Part shown: positions 28,299-37,702 of the stretch, piece by piece | How the letters are laid out: each line of letters starts with the position of its first letter | How positions within the stretch are numbered: the first letter of the stretch is position 1 | Origin: Flavobacteriales bacterium | Lineage (GTDB): Bacteria > Bacteroidota > Bacteroidia > Palsa-965 | DNA: 60,803 nt | Assembly: GCA_040377305.1 (NCBI GenBank) | Contig: JBEIPA010000031.1 | Span: forward strand, 1-60,803 | Direction: 5' to 3' | Made by a program: the position numbers and the translations under genes | Notes under the pieces: model-generated | Told to the model about the DNA's origin: nothing | Seen by the model: only the letters and a program-made list of their open reading frames with translations | The model's database searches: none

Positions 28299-29438
28299 TT
28301 AGCCCTTCACAGGCACAGGAAACATTTCTTTCAGTTTCGTAACTGTGTAGTCGATTTCTTCTTTCGTATTGTACTTGCTGAACGAGAATCGCACAGAAGG
28401 ACGACTCATATCGGTACCGATTGCCCGAAGAACGTGTGAACCTACATTGCTTCCCGATGAACAAGCGCTTCCTGCAGATGCTGCAATGCCATTAATATCG
28501 AGGTTGAATACCAACATTTCTGCATGATCTGTTGGAGGCAAACAAACGTTAAGCACGGTGTAAAGTGATTCGCCTTTCGCGTCGCCATTGAAAACAACAC
28601 CCGGCAAAGCTTTTTCCAGTTTTGCCATCATGTAGTTTTTCAACTCCATAATATGATCCTGGTGTTTTTTCAGGTCGCTGTACGCGATTTCCATCGCCTT
28701 CGCGAGACCAACGATGCCGTAAACGTTTTCAGTTCCGCCACGCATATTACGTTCCTGAGCGCCACCGAAAATTAGTGGTGCTACATGAACTTCGCTGTTC
28801 ACATAAATAAATCCTACGCCTTTTGGTCCGTGGAATTTATGTGCACCGCAATTCACAAAGTGAACGTTTATGTCTTTCAGATCGATCGCGTAGTGACCAA
28901 TCGTTTGCACGGTGTCTGAGTGAAAAATGGCATTGTATTTCTTGCAGATTTCTCCGGCTTTTTTCAAAGGCAGAAGATTTCCGATTTCATTATTGGCGTG
29001 CATCAACGAAACAAAAGTGCGCTCGTTGTTCTTCAGCAGGTTCTCGAGATCTTCCAGGTCTACACTTCCTTCCGGTGTGAGCTTCACGATGCTAAGCTTG
29101 ATCGTGCCTTTGTCGGCCATGGATTCAAGCGTATGCAATACAGCATGGTGTTCTATCGGAGAAGTGATCGCATGTTTGAGGTTCAATGCCTCGATCGTGC
29201 ATCGGATAGCCATGTTGTCGGCTTCTGTTCCGCCTGAAGTAAAGAAGATTTCAGAGGGCGAACAGTTCATCAGGCGTGCAACCGTTTTACGCGACTGCTC
29301 AATCATTGAGCGCGTCTGCCGTCCCCATGCGTGAATGGAAGATGGATTACCAAAATGCTCATTCATCAATGGGAGCATTGCTTCCACTACTTCACGGTCC
29401 ATCGGCGTTGTAGCCGCGTTATCGAGATAAACTTTCAT
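28299..29438 (-). CDS. iscS: Cysteine desulfurase (IscS/NifS group I)
   Basis: YLDNAATT, AHKFHGPKG, SAGSACSSG. Confidence 0.93.
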   Translation of the reverse strand: MKVYLDNAATTPMDREVVEAMLPLMNEHFGNPSSIHAWGRQTRSMIEQSRKTVARLMNCSPSEIFFTSGGTEADNMAIRCTIEALNLKHAITSPIEHHAVLHTLESMADKGTIKLSIVKLTPEGSVDLEDLENLLKNNERTFVSLMHANNEIGNLLPLKKAGEICKKYNAIFHSDTVQTIGHYAIDLKDINVHFVNCGAHKFHGPKGVGFIYVNSEVHVAPLIFGGAQERNMRGGTENVYGIVGLAKAMEIAYSDLKKHQDHIMELKNYMMAKLEKALPGVVFNGDAKGESLYTVLNVCLPPTDHAEMLVFNLDINGIAASAGSACSSGSNVGSHVLRAIGTDMSRPSVRFSFSKYNTKEEIDYTVTKLKEMFPVPVKG

Positions 29439-29527
29439 GTGTTTTTTGCCTCAGAAATTCGAGATCAAAGATACGAATTCAACATCGGGTATAACAGGCA
29501 GATATTAGCCCGCACTTGATCCATATT

Positions 29528-29643
29528 ATTCGAAAGATTTGAAAATTTGAAGATTTGAAGATTTGCAATGGGTATAAAGACCGCCTAAAGACCTGGCAAA
29601 CTCAACCCTGATTTCGAATCTTCAAATTTTCAAATCTTCGAAT
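29528..29643. repeat. Inverted octamer array (ATTTGAAG / CTTCAAAT)
   Basis: About 5 direct and 4 reverse 8-mers, about 40-nt spacer. Confidence 0.82.
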
Positions 29644-31043
29644 TACTGCTTGGCCTTGATCAGATCCTTGATATCAGCCATAATCTTCTTCGCCAGATTC
29701 TCTGCCGTAGTTTCCGAAGCGCTTTCTGAATAAATCCGGATAATCGGTTCCGTATTCGAACGGCGTAAATGCACCCATTCCTTGTCGAATTCGATTTTCA
29801 CACCGTCAATCGTATTGATCGGCTGCTTCTTGTATTTCGATTGAATTCCCTCGAGAATTGAATCGACATTGATCTCTTTGGTGAGCTCAATTTTGTTCTT
29901 CGAAATGTGGTAATCCGGATAGGAAGCACGCAGCATAGAAATCGTCTTTCCGTACTTCGCGAGATGGGTCAGGAACAAGGCAATGCCAACAAGCGCATCT
30001 CTTCCATAATGAAGCTCCGGATAGATAATTCCACCGTTACCTTCACCGCCAATTACGGCGTTGTTCGACTTCATCATTTCTACCACGTTCACTTCTCCGA
30101 CCGCAGAAGCGAAGTACTTCCCTCCTGCTTTCTCAGTCACATCGCGTAACGCACGCGTCGATGACAAATTCGAAACGGTATTGCCTTTCTTCGATTTGAG
30201 AATGTAATCGGCAACCGCAACGAGGGTATATTCTTCGCCGAACATTTCACCGTCTTCGCATACTAAAGCAAGACGATCAACATCCGGATCGACAACAATT
30301 CCTAAATGCGCGTTGTTCTTCTTAACAACCTTTGAAATTTCACGCAGATTTTCCGGCAATGGTTCCGGATTGTGAGCGAATTCCCCTGTAGGCTCGCAAT
30401 AAAGTTCCACAATCTGCTCAATACCAAGTGCCGCGAGCAATTTCGGAACTGCTATTCCACCGGTTGAATTTACCGCGTCAACAACAATCTTGAAATTCTT
30501 TTCCTTGATGGCTTTAACATCAATCAATGGCAATGCAAGTATGGCTTTGATGTGCTCGTCAATGAAAGAATCTTTCACAGTGACTTTGCCCAGCTTGTTC
30601 ACATCTGCAAAATTGTAATCGTCTGTAGCGGCGAGGTTCAGTACTTCTTCTCCATCGGAGCCGGAAATGAATTCGCCCTTCTTGTTCAGAAGCTTGAGCG
30701 CATTCCACTGTTTCGGATTGTGGCTCGCAGTGAGGATAATTCCACCGTCTGCTTTCTCGGAAACTACTGCCATTTCAATTGTAGGCGTTGTAGACAATCC
30801 TCCATCGATCACATCGATTCCCAGTCCGCACAGTGTTCCTGTTACGATACGGTTCACCATCTCGCCAGAAATGCGCGCATCTCTTCCAACTACAACTTTG
30901 ATCTTACGGTCTGCCTTGCCTTGACGGATGATCCACGTGCCGAAAGCGGCAGTAAATTTTACTACGTCAAGGGGACTCAGGCCTTCTCCTGCTTTTCCGC
31001 CTATTGTGCCGCGGATTCCGGAGATTGATTTAATCAGTGCCAC
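29643..31043 (-). CDS. glmM: Phosphoglucosamine mutase
   Basis: SISGIRG, TASHNP, DPDVDR, GGEGNGG, RRSNTEP; GTG start. Confidence 0.93.
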   Translation of the reverse strand: MALIKSISGIRGTIGGKAGEGLSPLDVVKFTAAFGTWIIRQGKADRKIKVVVGRDARISGEMVNRIVTGTLCGLGIDVIDGGLSTTPTIEMAVVSEKADGGIILTASHNPKQWNALKLLNKKGEFISGSDGEEVLNLAATDDYNFADVNKLGKVTVKDSFIDEHIKAILALPLIDVKAIKEKNFKIVVDAVNSTGGIAVPKLLAALGIEQIVELYCEPTGEFAHNPEPLPENLREISKVVKKNNAHLGIVVDPDVDRLALVCEDGEMFGEEYTLVAVADYILKSKKGNTVSNLSSTRALRDVTEKAGGKYFASAVGEVNVVEMMKSNNAVIGGEGNGGIIYPELHYGRDALVGIALFLTHLAKYGKTISMLRASYPDYHISKNKIELTKEINVDSILEGIQSKYKKQPINTIDGVKIEFDKEWVHLRRSNTEPIIRIYSESASETTAENLAKKIMADIKDLIKAKQ

Positions 31044-31248
31044 TGTTTTTCAATTAAACCCCCGAAATAATTCAGGAATGGGGACTGCAAAGATACGTCT
31101 GGCACGAAAGTTTCGGTTTTCACAATATAAAACATACTAACAGCCAAAAACGGCGTTTTGCTCATAACTTTGCGGCGTTTTGGCAGTATACATATTTGAA
31201 ACGGCTGGCACGAAATTATCTTTGTTATTATCCACTTGAGTTTAGCGT

Positions 31249-32637
31249 ATGAGTAAAGGGAACATGCCTATAGAGAAGTTGGCGGAGCAGTTTGAACAGA
31301 TGGTTAAAAGTCAGGTCTTTGGCTTCTTTGAAGAAGAGACACTGGAAGAGCTTGCGGATTATTACATCAACCTGAAACACTTCAGACGAGCTATGGACGT
31401 GCTACAAGTTGGCCGTCAGCAGCATCCTTTTTCCATGAACTTTCTCATTATCAAGGCGCAGACTCACATCAGCATGGGTGAGAATCAGGTTGCGCTTGAA
31501 GTTCTCACCGAAGTTGAGCGTAAAGAACCATATCACCCGGAGCTTCACATGACCCGTGGCAGTATTTATAGCCAGATGGGATTGCATGAGAAAGCGATTG
31601 TGTCGTTCCGGAAGGCCGGAGAGTACGAAGCACCAAAAGACGAAGTTGATTTCTGTATTGCTTATGAGTGTGTTAACCTGGAGAATTACGAGGATGCAAT
31701 TCCACTGTTCATCAGTTGCCTGGAAATTAACCCCGATCACGACATAGCTCAGAACGAACTTGCTTTCTGTTTTGAGATGGTTGGCGACCAGGAAGAAGGT
31801 GTGAAGTTCTTCGAGAAATTCACCGACCGACGTCCGTATAACACCTACGGCTGGTTCAACCTGGGTGTATGTTTCAGCAGAAACGGTTTGTACGAAAAAG
31901 CACTCGAGTGTTATGAATATGCCTTGGCCATTGATGATCAGTTCACCGTCGCTCTATTCAATAAAGGCAGTCTGCTTCGCATGATGAATCGCCTTGACGA
32001 GGCAATTGCAGTATATACCGAGTGTTTAGCTCAAGATCCTCAACGTGCTGATGCGCATTACTTTATGGGCGAATGCTACGAGTGTAAGGAAGATCTTGAC
32101 ACGGCCCTGCTCTATTACCACAAAGCAACACGCATTGACGCCGGACTTGCAGATGCATGGCTGGGAATCGGTGTTGTTCTGGAGCAGCAGGGACGACTAA
32201 GCGAAGGCATTCACTACGTGAAGAAAGCGCTTGATCTGAACAATACGAACGCAGAATATTGGTACGTGTATGGCGACTTCCAGTTGAAACTTGGTTTCCA
32301 TGAAGAAGCGGAAGCCGCATACAAACAGGTGATGACGGTTGAACCGGAAAATCCACACATCTGGCTCGACTTCGCGAAAGTGCAGTTCGAAATGGAGAAG
32401 GTTGACCAGGCTATCGAAACGTTGATGGAAGGAATCAAGCATCATACAAACTATGCGGAGCTTCAATACCGCATGGCTGCTTATCTCATTTATGCCGGGA
32501 AAAAGTCAGAAGCACTTGAGTATCTGCACGAGGCTTTGAATCAGGATTTCACGAAACACGAAGAAATGTTTGAGGAGTTTCCGCAGTTGCGGGATAATGT
32601 TTCTCTCATTGAACTGATCGAATCGTACCGGAAATAA
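31249..32637 (+). CDS. Tetratricopeptide-repeat protein
   Basis: Continuous TPR units across 462 aa. Confidence 0.92.
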   Translation: MSKGNMPIEKLAEQFEQMVKSQVFGFFEEETLEELADYYINLKHFRRAMDVLQVGRQQHPFSMNFLIIKAQTHISMGENQVALEVLTEVERKEPYHPELHMTRGSIYSQMGLHEKAIVSFRKAGEYEAPKDEVDFCIAYECVNLENYEDAIPLFISCLEINPDHDIAQNELAFCFEMVGDQEEGVKFFEKFTDRRPYNTYGWFNLGVCFSRNGLYEKALECYEYALAIDDQFTVALFNKGSLLRMMNRLDEAIAVYTECLAQDPQRADAHYFMGECYECKEDLDTALLYYHKATRIDAGLADAWLGIGVVLEQQGRLSEGIHYVKKALDLNNTNAEYWYVYGDFQLKLGFHEEAEAAYKQVMTVEPENPHIWLDFAKVQFEMEKVDQAIETLMEGIKHHTNYAELQYRMAAYLIYAGKKSEALEYLHEALNQDFTKHEEMFEEFPQLRDNVSLIELIESYRK

Positions 32638-32653
32638 CATTTCACTGTGCTTC

Positions 32654-32901
32654 TCTTCGGCTGACCGCTCACGCGGTCGCCGCCACTGAATTATTTTATG
32701 GGGGCGGAAAATTCTCTCAGAACATGCTACCTCGCGGAGGTCGTTTGTCTAAGGAATATGCGACCTGGCTGAAGTCGTTGTTGTCATGCCAAATGATGTA
32801 AGCTTAGTACAACCCGATCCTGTAGGTATCGCATATTCCAAGAAAATTCGCACACCCCTTGTTATTTAGTGGCGGCGATCGCGTGAGCGATCAGCCGAAG
32901 A
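32654..32901. mobile_element. MITE-like element, copy A
   Basis: Terminal inverted repeats TCTTCGGCTGA-hairpin-GCCGCCACT; inner GGAATATGCGA/TCGCATATTCC; related to 49645-49841. Confidence 0.75.
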
Positions 32902-32986
32902 ACCCCGCAATTAGCAAATTAGCAAATTAACCCATTAGCACATTGAACGGCGTTTTTTCGTAGTTTTACGCTGTTAATCCTCGCCT

Positions 32987-33766
32987 ATGAACGTGAAGTT
33001 GCCCTTCCTGCCTGATAGATCGGTTCGTCCCCGTAAAAACGGCGTGACAATGGTCATGGACAAAGGTCTTGGCCTTAAGCAGGCGGAACTGTTTATTGAT
33101 TCCTGTGCCGATTATGTGGATCTGGTGAAGCTTGGTTTCGGTACATCAGTAATCACTCCGAATCTTACCGAGAAAATCAAGTTGTACAAAGAAGCTGGCT
33201 TCAAAGTATATCTCGGTGGAACATTATTCGAAGCATTTGTTATCCGCAATAAGTTCGAAGACTACGTGAAGTTTATTGAGAAACTCAAGATTGATCACGT
33301 AGAAGTTTCTGATGGCTCCATCGTAATGGATCACGATCAGAAATGTAAATACATCAGCAAACTCTCGAAAAACTTCACGGTACTTTCAGAAGTTGGATCG
33401 AAAGAAGAAGGTATCATCATTCATCCGAATAAGTGGACTTCGATGATGAACGCAGAACTCCAGGCCGGTTCGTGGAAAGTAATTGCTGAAGCACGTGAAA
33501 GCGGAAACGTTGGTATTTATCACCGTAACGGTTCGCCACACACGATGCTGATGAATAAGATCATCGCGAAAGTGAAAGTCGAAAACATCCTGTGGGAAGC
33601 TCCGCAGAAATCGCAGCAAGTCTGGTTCATCAAACAGTTTGGTGCCGACGTAAATCTTGGTAACATTGCATTCGAAGAAGTAATTCCGCTGGAAACACTT
33701 CGTCTCGGATTACGTGGAGATACATTCTTCCAATTCCTGCCCAAAGAAAAGACTGCTGAAAAATAA
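32987..33766 (+). CDS. comA: Phosphosulfolactate synthase
   Basis: PR..GVTMVMDKGL, VKLGFGT, GGTLFE, EVGSK, EARESG, WEAPQK.QQ, LETLRLGLRGDT. Confidence 0.94.
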   Translation: MNVKLPFLPDRSVRPRKNGVTMVMDKGLGLKQAELFIDSCADYVDLVKLGFGTSVITPNLTEKIKLYKEAGFKVYLGGTLFEAFVIRNKFEDYVKFIEKLKIDHVEVSDGSIVMDHDQKCKYISKLSKNFTVLSEVGSKEEGIIIHPNKWTSMMNAELQAGSWKVIAEARESGNVGIYHRNGSPHTMLMNKIIAKVKVENILWEAPQKSQQVWFIKQFGADVNLGNIAFEEVIPLETLRLGLRGDTFFQFLPKEKTAEK

Positions 33767-33775
33767 GTAACGACC

Positions 33776-34093
33776 ATGAAAGAAATTACCGTTCAGGAAC
33801 TGAAATCAAAAATGGATGCGAAAGAAGATTTTCAGTTCATTGATGTTCGCGAACCTCATGAAGTTGACATTGCTGAAATCGGCGCAGAGCTGATTCCGAT
33901 GGGAGAAATCCTTTCGCAGGTCGATAAAATTTCCCGCGATAAACCGGTAATCATTCATTGTCGCAGCGGTGCCCGTTCCGGAACAATTGTTCAGGCACTT
34001 GAAACGCAACACGGGTTCAATAACCTGTACAATCTCAAAGGCGGAATACTCGCCTGGGCGCGTGAGATTGATTCAAGCATTCCAACGTATTAA
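33776..34093 (+). CDS. Rhodanese-like sulfurtransferase
   Basis: IDVREPHE, HCRSGARS, NLKGGILAW. Confidence 0.94.
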   Translation: MKEITVQELKSKMDAKEDFQFIDVREPHEVDIAEIGAELIPMGEILSQVDKISRDKPVIIHCRSGARSGTIVQALETQHGFNNLYNLKGGILAWAREIDSSIPTY

Positions 34094-34770
34094 TGGAAAC
34101 AATTAAGGAGTTCTTCCACATTCTCCTCCACATCAACGATTATCTTGATGGTTGGGTAGCAGAATACGGAACGGCGATTTACATCATTCTCTTCGCAATC
34201 ATTTTTGTGGAGACCGGTTTGATTGTGATGCCATTTCTTCCCGGAGATTCATTGCTTTTTGCTGCCGGTGCAATTTGCGCGCGCAGTGCCGACGATCCGA
34301 ATGCACCGATGAATATTTTCGTCCTCATTGGTTTGCTTTTCGTTGCTGCTGTACTCGGCGACAATGTCAATTATGGAGTCGGTAGATTTCTCGGTGATCG
34401 TGCTACGAAAATCAGAATCGGAAAATGGCAGGTTGTGAAGCAGGCGAACATTGACAAGACACAAGCCTTCTTTGATAAATACGGAACAAAAGCAATTATC
34501 ATGGCGCGCTTTGTTCCGATTGTAAGAACGTTCACTCCATTCATCGCCGGTGTGGGCAAAATGGCGTACCGTACGAAGTTTTTACCATTCGATATTCTTG
34601 GTGGATTCCTTTGGATTGCTTCCATGTCTCTCGCAGGATTCTGGCTTGGTACCAACGAGTGGATTCAAGGTCATTTCGAAACGGTTGTTCTGTTGATCAT
34701 TTTCATTTCTGTTCTGCCAATGATCATCGGCATTTTGCGTGCGAAATTCGGCAAGAAAACAGACGCATAA
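34093..34770 (+). CDS. DedA-family membrane protein
   Basis: FVETGL..PFLPGDSLLFAAG, ARFVPIVRTF. Confidence 0.95.
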   Translation: METIKEFFHILLHINDYLDGWVAEYGTAIYIILFAIIFVETGLIVMPFLPGDSLLFAAGAICARSADDPNAPMNIFVLIGLLFVAAVLGDNVNYGVGRFLGDRATKIRIGKWQVVKQANIDKTQAFFDKYGTKAIIMARFVPIVRTFTPFIAGVGKMAYRTKFLPFDILGGFLWIASMSLAGFWLGTNEWIQGHFETVVLLIIFISVLPMIIGILRAKFGKKTDA

Positions 34771-34773
34771 CCC

Positions 34774-35559
34774 GTGCGTTTGTTCGGACTAATCGGCTTT
34801 CCACTCTCCCACTCTTTCTCGGAGAAATACTTCACGGAAAAATTCCAGCGCGAAGGAATCAAGGATGCGATGTACCGCAAGTTTCCGATTACGGATATCA
34901 ATCTCCTTCCTGATCTGATTAAATGTCATCCGAATCTTCACGGATTCAATGTGACGATTCCGTTCAAGGAAGCTATTATTCCGTTGCTGGATGAGTTGGA
35001 TGAGACTGCGAAGGCAGTTGGGGCTGTGAATACTGTCTCTTGTCAACCCTCGACTCCGCTCGGTCTGACAAGGTTGGTCGGCCACAACACTGATGTTTAC
35101 GGTTTCCGACAATCGATAAAACCATTCCTTGCATCACATCATGAGCGTGCGTTGATACTTGGAACGGGCGGTGCTTCGAAAGCGGTAGAGTTTGTACTGA
35201 AGCAGATTGGAGTTGAATGTGTGTTTGTGTCACGTTTTGTCAGACTGAGCGGAGTCGAAGACGACAAAACGAGTGGCAGAACTATTCTCGCCTATTCAGA
35301 TCTCAACGAACACGTCATGGCCATGTGCAAACTCATCGTGAATTGCACGCCAGTCGGAACGTTTCCGAATGAAGATGCTGCTCCGGAAATTCCGTATGAG
35401 TTTGTGACGAAAGATCATTTCTTGTATGATCTCGTTTACAATCCGGAGGAAACCGAATTTCTTAAGCGTGGCAAAGCGAAAGGTGCGTTAACGTTGAATG
35501 GGATGGATATGCTGAAGATGCAGGCGGAAGCCGCATGGCAAATATGGATTCGCGAATGA
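34774..35559 (+). CDS. aroE: Shikimate dehydrogenase with two in-frame REP inserts
   Basis: LSHSFS, NVTIPFK, GAVNT, NTD, GTGGA, DLVYNP, ML..QA. Confidence 0.93.
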   Translation: MRLFGLIGFPLSHSFSEKYFTEKFQREGIKDAMYRKFPITDINLLPDLIKCHPNLHGFNVTIPFKEAIIPLLDELDETAKAVGAVNTVSCQPSTPLGLTRLVGHNTDVYGFRQSIKPFLASHHERALILGTGGASKAVEFVLKQIGVECVFVSRFVRLSGVEDDKTSGRTILAYSDLNEHVMAMCKLIVNCTPVGTFPNEDAAPEIPYEFVTKDHFLYDLVYNPEETEFLKRGKAKGALTLNGMDMLKMQAEAAWQIWIRE

Positions 35560-35657
35560 TGTGCAGATTTGCAGATGTGCAAATGTGAAGATTCAGGTTT
35601 TGCAAGCAACTAACACCAATGGCATTTCCACATATGCACATTTTCACATCTGCACAT
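35559..35657. repeat. Inverted octamer array (ATGTGCAG / CTGCACAT)
   Basis: 4+4 8-mers, about 31-nt spacer, between convergent genes. Confidence 0.85.
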
Positions 35658-35670
35658 AAACCCCGGTGTT

Positions 35671-36372
35671 CTAGCGCAACGAGAACAAGTCATCAACCCC
35701 AATCGTTCTTGAAACAGTGAATGCTTCTGCGAAGTCTACATTGATATCTCTACCCTGCACACGCATTCTTGCTTTCACGAACTCGAAGAATGATTCTCCC
35801 GCAATCGGTGTCATCGGCTCTTTCGAATTCGGATCGTAGAACTGCGAAGAAAAACACTTAATGGCCTCCAGTTTCTTCTCAACGAAAGGCGTTACGTCCA
35901 CCACAAAATCCGGCGTGAGATATCGGTCCTGCAAATAGTGGTACACCGCTTTCGGTCTCCACGGATCTTGTCCGGTTTTGATCTTTGCAAGTCCGGAGTA
36001 GAAACAAGCTTCTGCAACCAGTTTCGCCGCACGACCGTGATCAGGATGACGATCTTCGATCGCATTGCACAACACAATTTCCGGACGGTATTCACGAATC
36101 TTCTTCAGCACCGCCATCATCTCGGGTTCTCCACCGTTGAAAAATCCATCGCGCAAATCCATGATGTCGCGAAACTGCACGCCAAGAACGTCTGCCGATT
36201 TCATCGCTTCTTCTCTTCGAAGTTCGGGAGTACCACGGGTTCCTAATTCTCCACGCGTGAGATCAAGAATGCCTGCCGTTTTTCCTGCAGCAATGTGTTT
36301 CAGCAATGTGCCGGAACAACTTAACTCTACATCGTCAGGGTGAACTCCAATTGCGAGAATGTCGACTTTCAT
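35671..36372 (-). CDS. bshB1: Bacillithiol biosynthesis deacetylase
   Basis: HPDDVEL, DLTRGELGTRG, RHPDH, SSQF. Confidence 0.92.
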   Translation of the reverse strand: MKVDILAIGVHPDDVELSCSGTLLKHIAAGKTAGILDLTRGELGTRGTPELRREEAMKSADVLGVQFRDIMDLRDGFFNGGEPEMMAVLKKIREYRPEIVLCNAIEDRHPDHGRAAKLVAEACFYSGLAKIKTGQDPWRPKAVYHYLQDRYLTPDFVVDVTPFVEKKLEAIKCFSSQFYDPNSKEPMTPIAGESFFEFVKARMRVQGRDINVDFAEAFTVSRTIGVDDLFSLR

Positions 36373-36452
36373 AATGTGCTAATTTGCTAATCGGAGAATG
36401 TGCTAATCAGAGCCCACAAACCGAGTGCTAAATTAGGGAATATCAGTCCAAC

Positions 36453-36938
36453 CTAGCGGGAATAGGGTTTCCTCCTCAACAGATAATGACTCGTATCTGT
36501 ATCCTGTAACTTGACAATCTGTAACCTAAAACCCGTCTTGACAACCAGCATGTTCTCCACACCGATAAATTCGCTGGAACATTCCTCACCTCTACAACCT
36601 GAACACGTCACTTGCTCAATGTTATACAATCTCACTGTATCGTGAAAGAGCTGCCACTTTCCTGTGTACGAAGGACCTTCAAAGTCACCGAATCGCGTGT
36701 CCATTTCATAGGTTGAATCCGGATTGAGATAGAAGTCCATTCCTGAGGGATCTTCGAAATCCCAACCGGTAGTTGCATCCGGAAACAACTTTTCTTTAAG
36801 GGAAATCGGCACATCGCGGGTCAAATAATATGTACCGACTACTTGATCGAATGAATAAACGGGAATACCTTCTTTATGAAAGCATCCCAACAGCGCGAAT
36901 ACAATCCACAAAACAAAAACGGATGATCTTTTCATCAT
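36453..36938 (-). CDS. Hypothetical lipoprotein
   Basis: Lipobox LLGC; 161 aa; bracketed by inverted octamer arrays. Confidence 0.7.
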   Translation of the reverse strand: MMKRSSVFVLWIVFALLGCFHKEGIPVYSFDQVVGTYYLTRDVPISLKEKLFPDATTGWDFEDPSGMDFYLNPDSTYEMDTRFGDFEGPSYTGKWQLFHDTVRLYNIEQVTCSGCRGEECSSEFIGVENMLVVKTGFRLQIVKLQDTDTSHYLLRRKPYSR

Positions 36939-37022
36939 CCGTTATAACGTTATCGCACCATTAAGTTACTTTTTGTTTAGCACATTAACCCTCCGCCGCG
37001 GCGGAAGCAAATTAGCACATTA

Positions 37023-37586
37023 TTACTTGCCTTCAATCCAATTCGTAATGTCTTCATCCATCGGATCAACACCGGAACCGAAATGCTTCACGTATTTTCC
37101 ATTCTCGTCAACCGCATATTTGTTGAAGTTCCATTTCACTTCGGAATCTTCAACGCCGTTTTGCGCTTTGTGTGTAAGCCAGCCGTAAACCGGAGATTGC
37201 TTATCACCTTTCACATCCACTTTTTCCATCAGAGGAAAAGTAACGCCGAAGTTCTTGGTACAGAACGTCTGAATTTCAGTTGCAGTTCCTGGTTCTTGTC
37301 CACCAAACTGATTGCATGGAAACCCAATAATCGTGAACTTGCCGGTTGAATCATACTTCTCATACAATTCCTGAAGTCCTTTGTATTGCGGAGTATATCC
37401 GCACTCCGAAGCTACATTCACAATCAAAACCTTCTTGCCCTTCAGCGAAGCAAAGTCAAAATCTTTTCCGTCCAAAGTTTTCGCTTTGAAATCGTGCAGT
37501 GTTTTTACTGGGTTGTCTGAAGTCATAGAAATCGTTGCTAAAACTGTGAGTGCCAAAATTGCTGTTGTGATTACTTTTCTACTCAT
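37023..37586 (-). CDS. Glutathione peroxidase family protein (exported, Cys type)
   Basis: NVASECGYT, GFPCNQFGGQEP, WNFNK. Confidence 0.96.
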   Translation of the reverse strand: MSRKVITTAILALTVLATISMTSDNPVKTLHDFKAKTLDGKDFDFASLKGKKVLIVNVASECGYTPQYKGLQELYEKYDSTGKFTIIGFPCNQFGGQEPGTATEIQTFCTKNFGVTFPLMEKVDVKGDKQSPVYGWLTHKAQNGVEDSEVKWNFNKYAVDENGKYVKHFGSGVDPMDEDITNWIEGK

Positions 37587-37702
37587 TTGATATTATTTTA
37601 TGTCGTCGTATTCGAGAATCCTGACTTTAATCGCCAGGATTTCATTGGAGATCAATTGATAGATTAAAGGTACAGTGTATATTTGGGATAATACGCCCCG
37701 CT

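Noticed and set aside
31100-31221. Sigma-54 promoters (TGGCACGAAA at 31100 and 31206; also reverse TGGCACG near 6686-6692)
   Set aside because: The -24 box matches but the -12 TTGC is absent, which is too weak to call.
37023-37586. Selenocysteine glutathione peroxidase
   Set aside because: The active-site codon is TGC (Cys) and there is no in-frame TGA.
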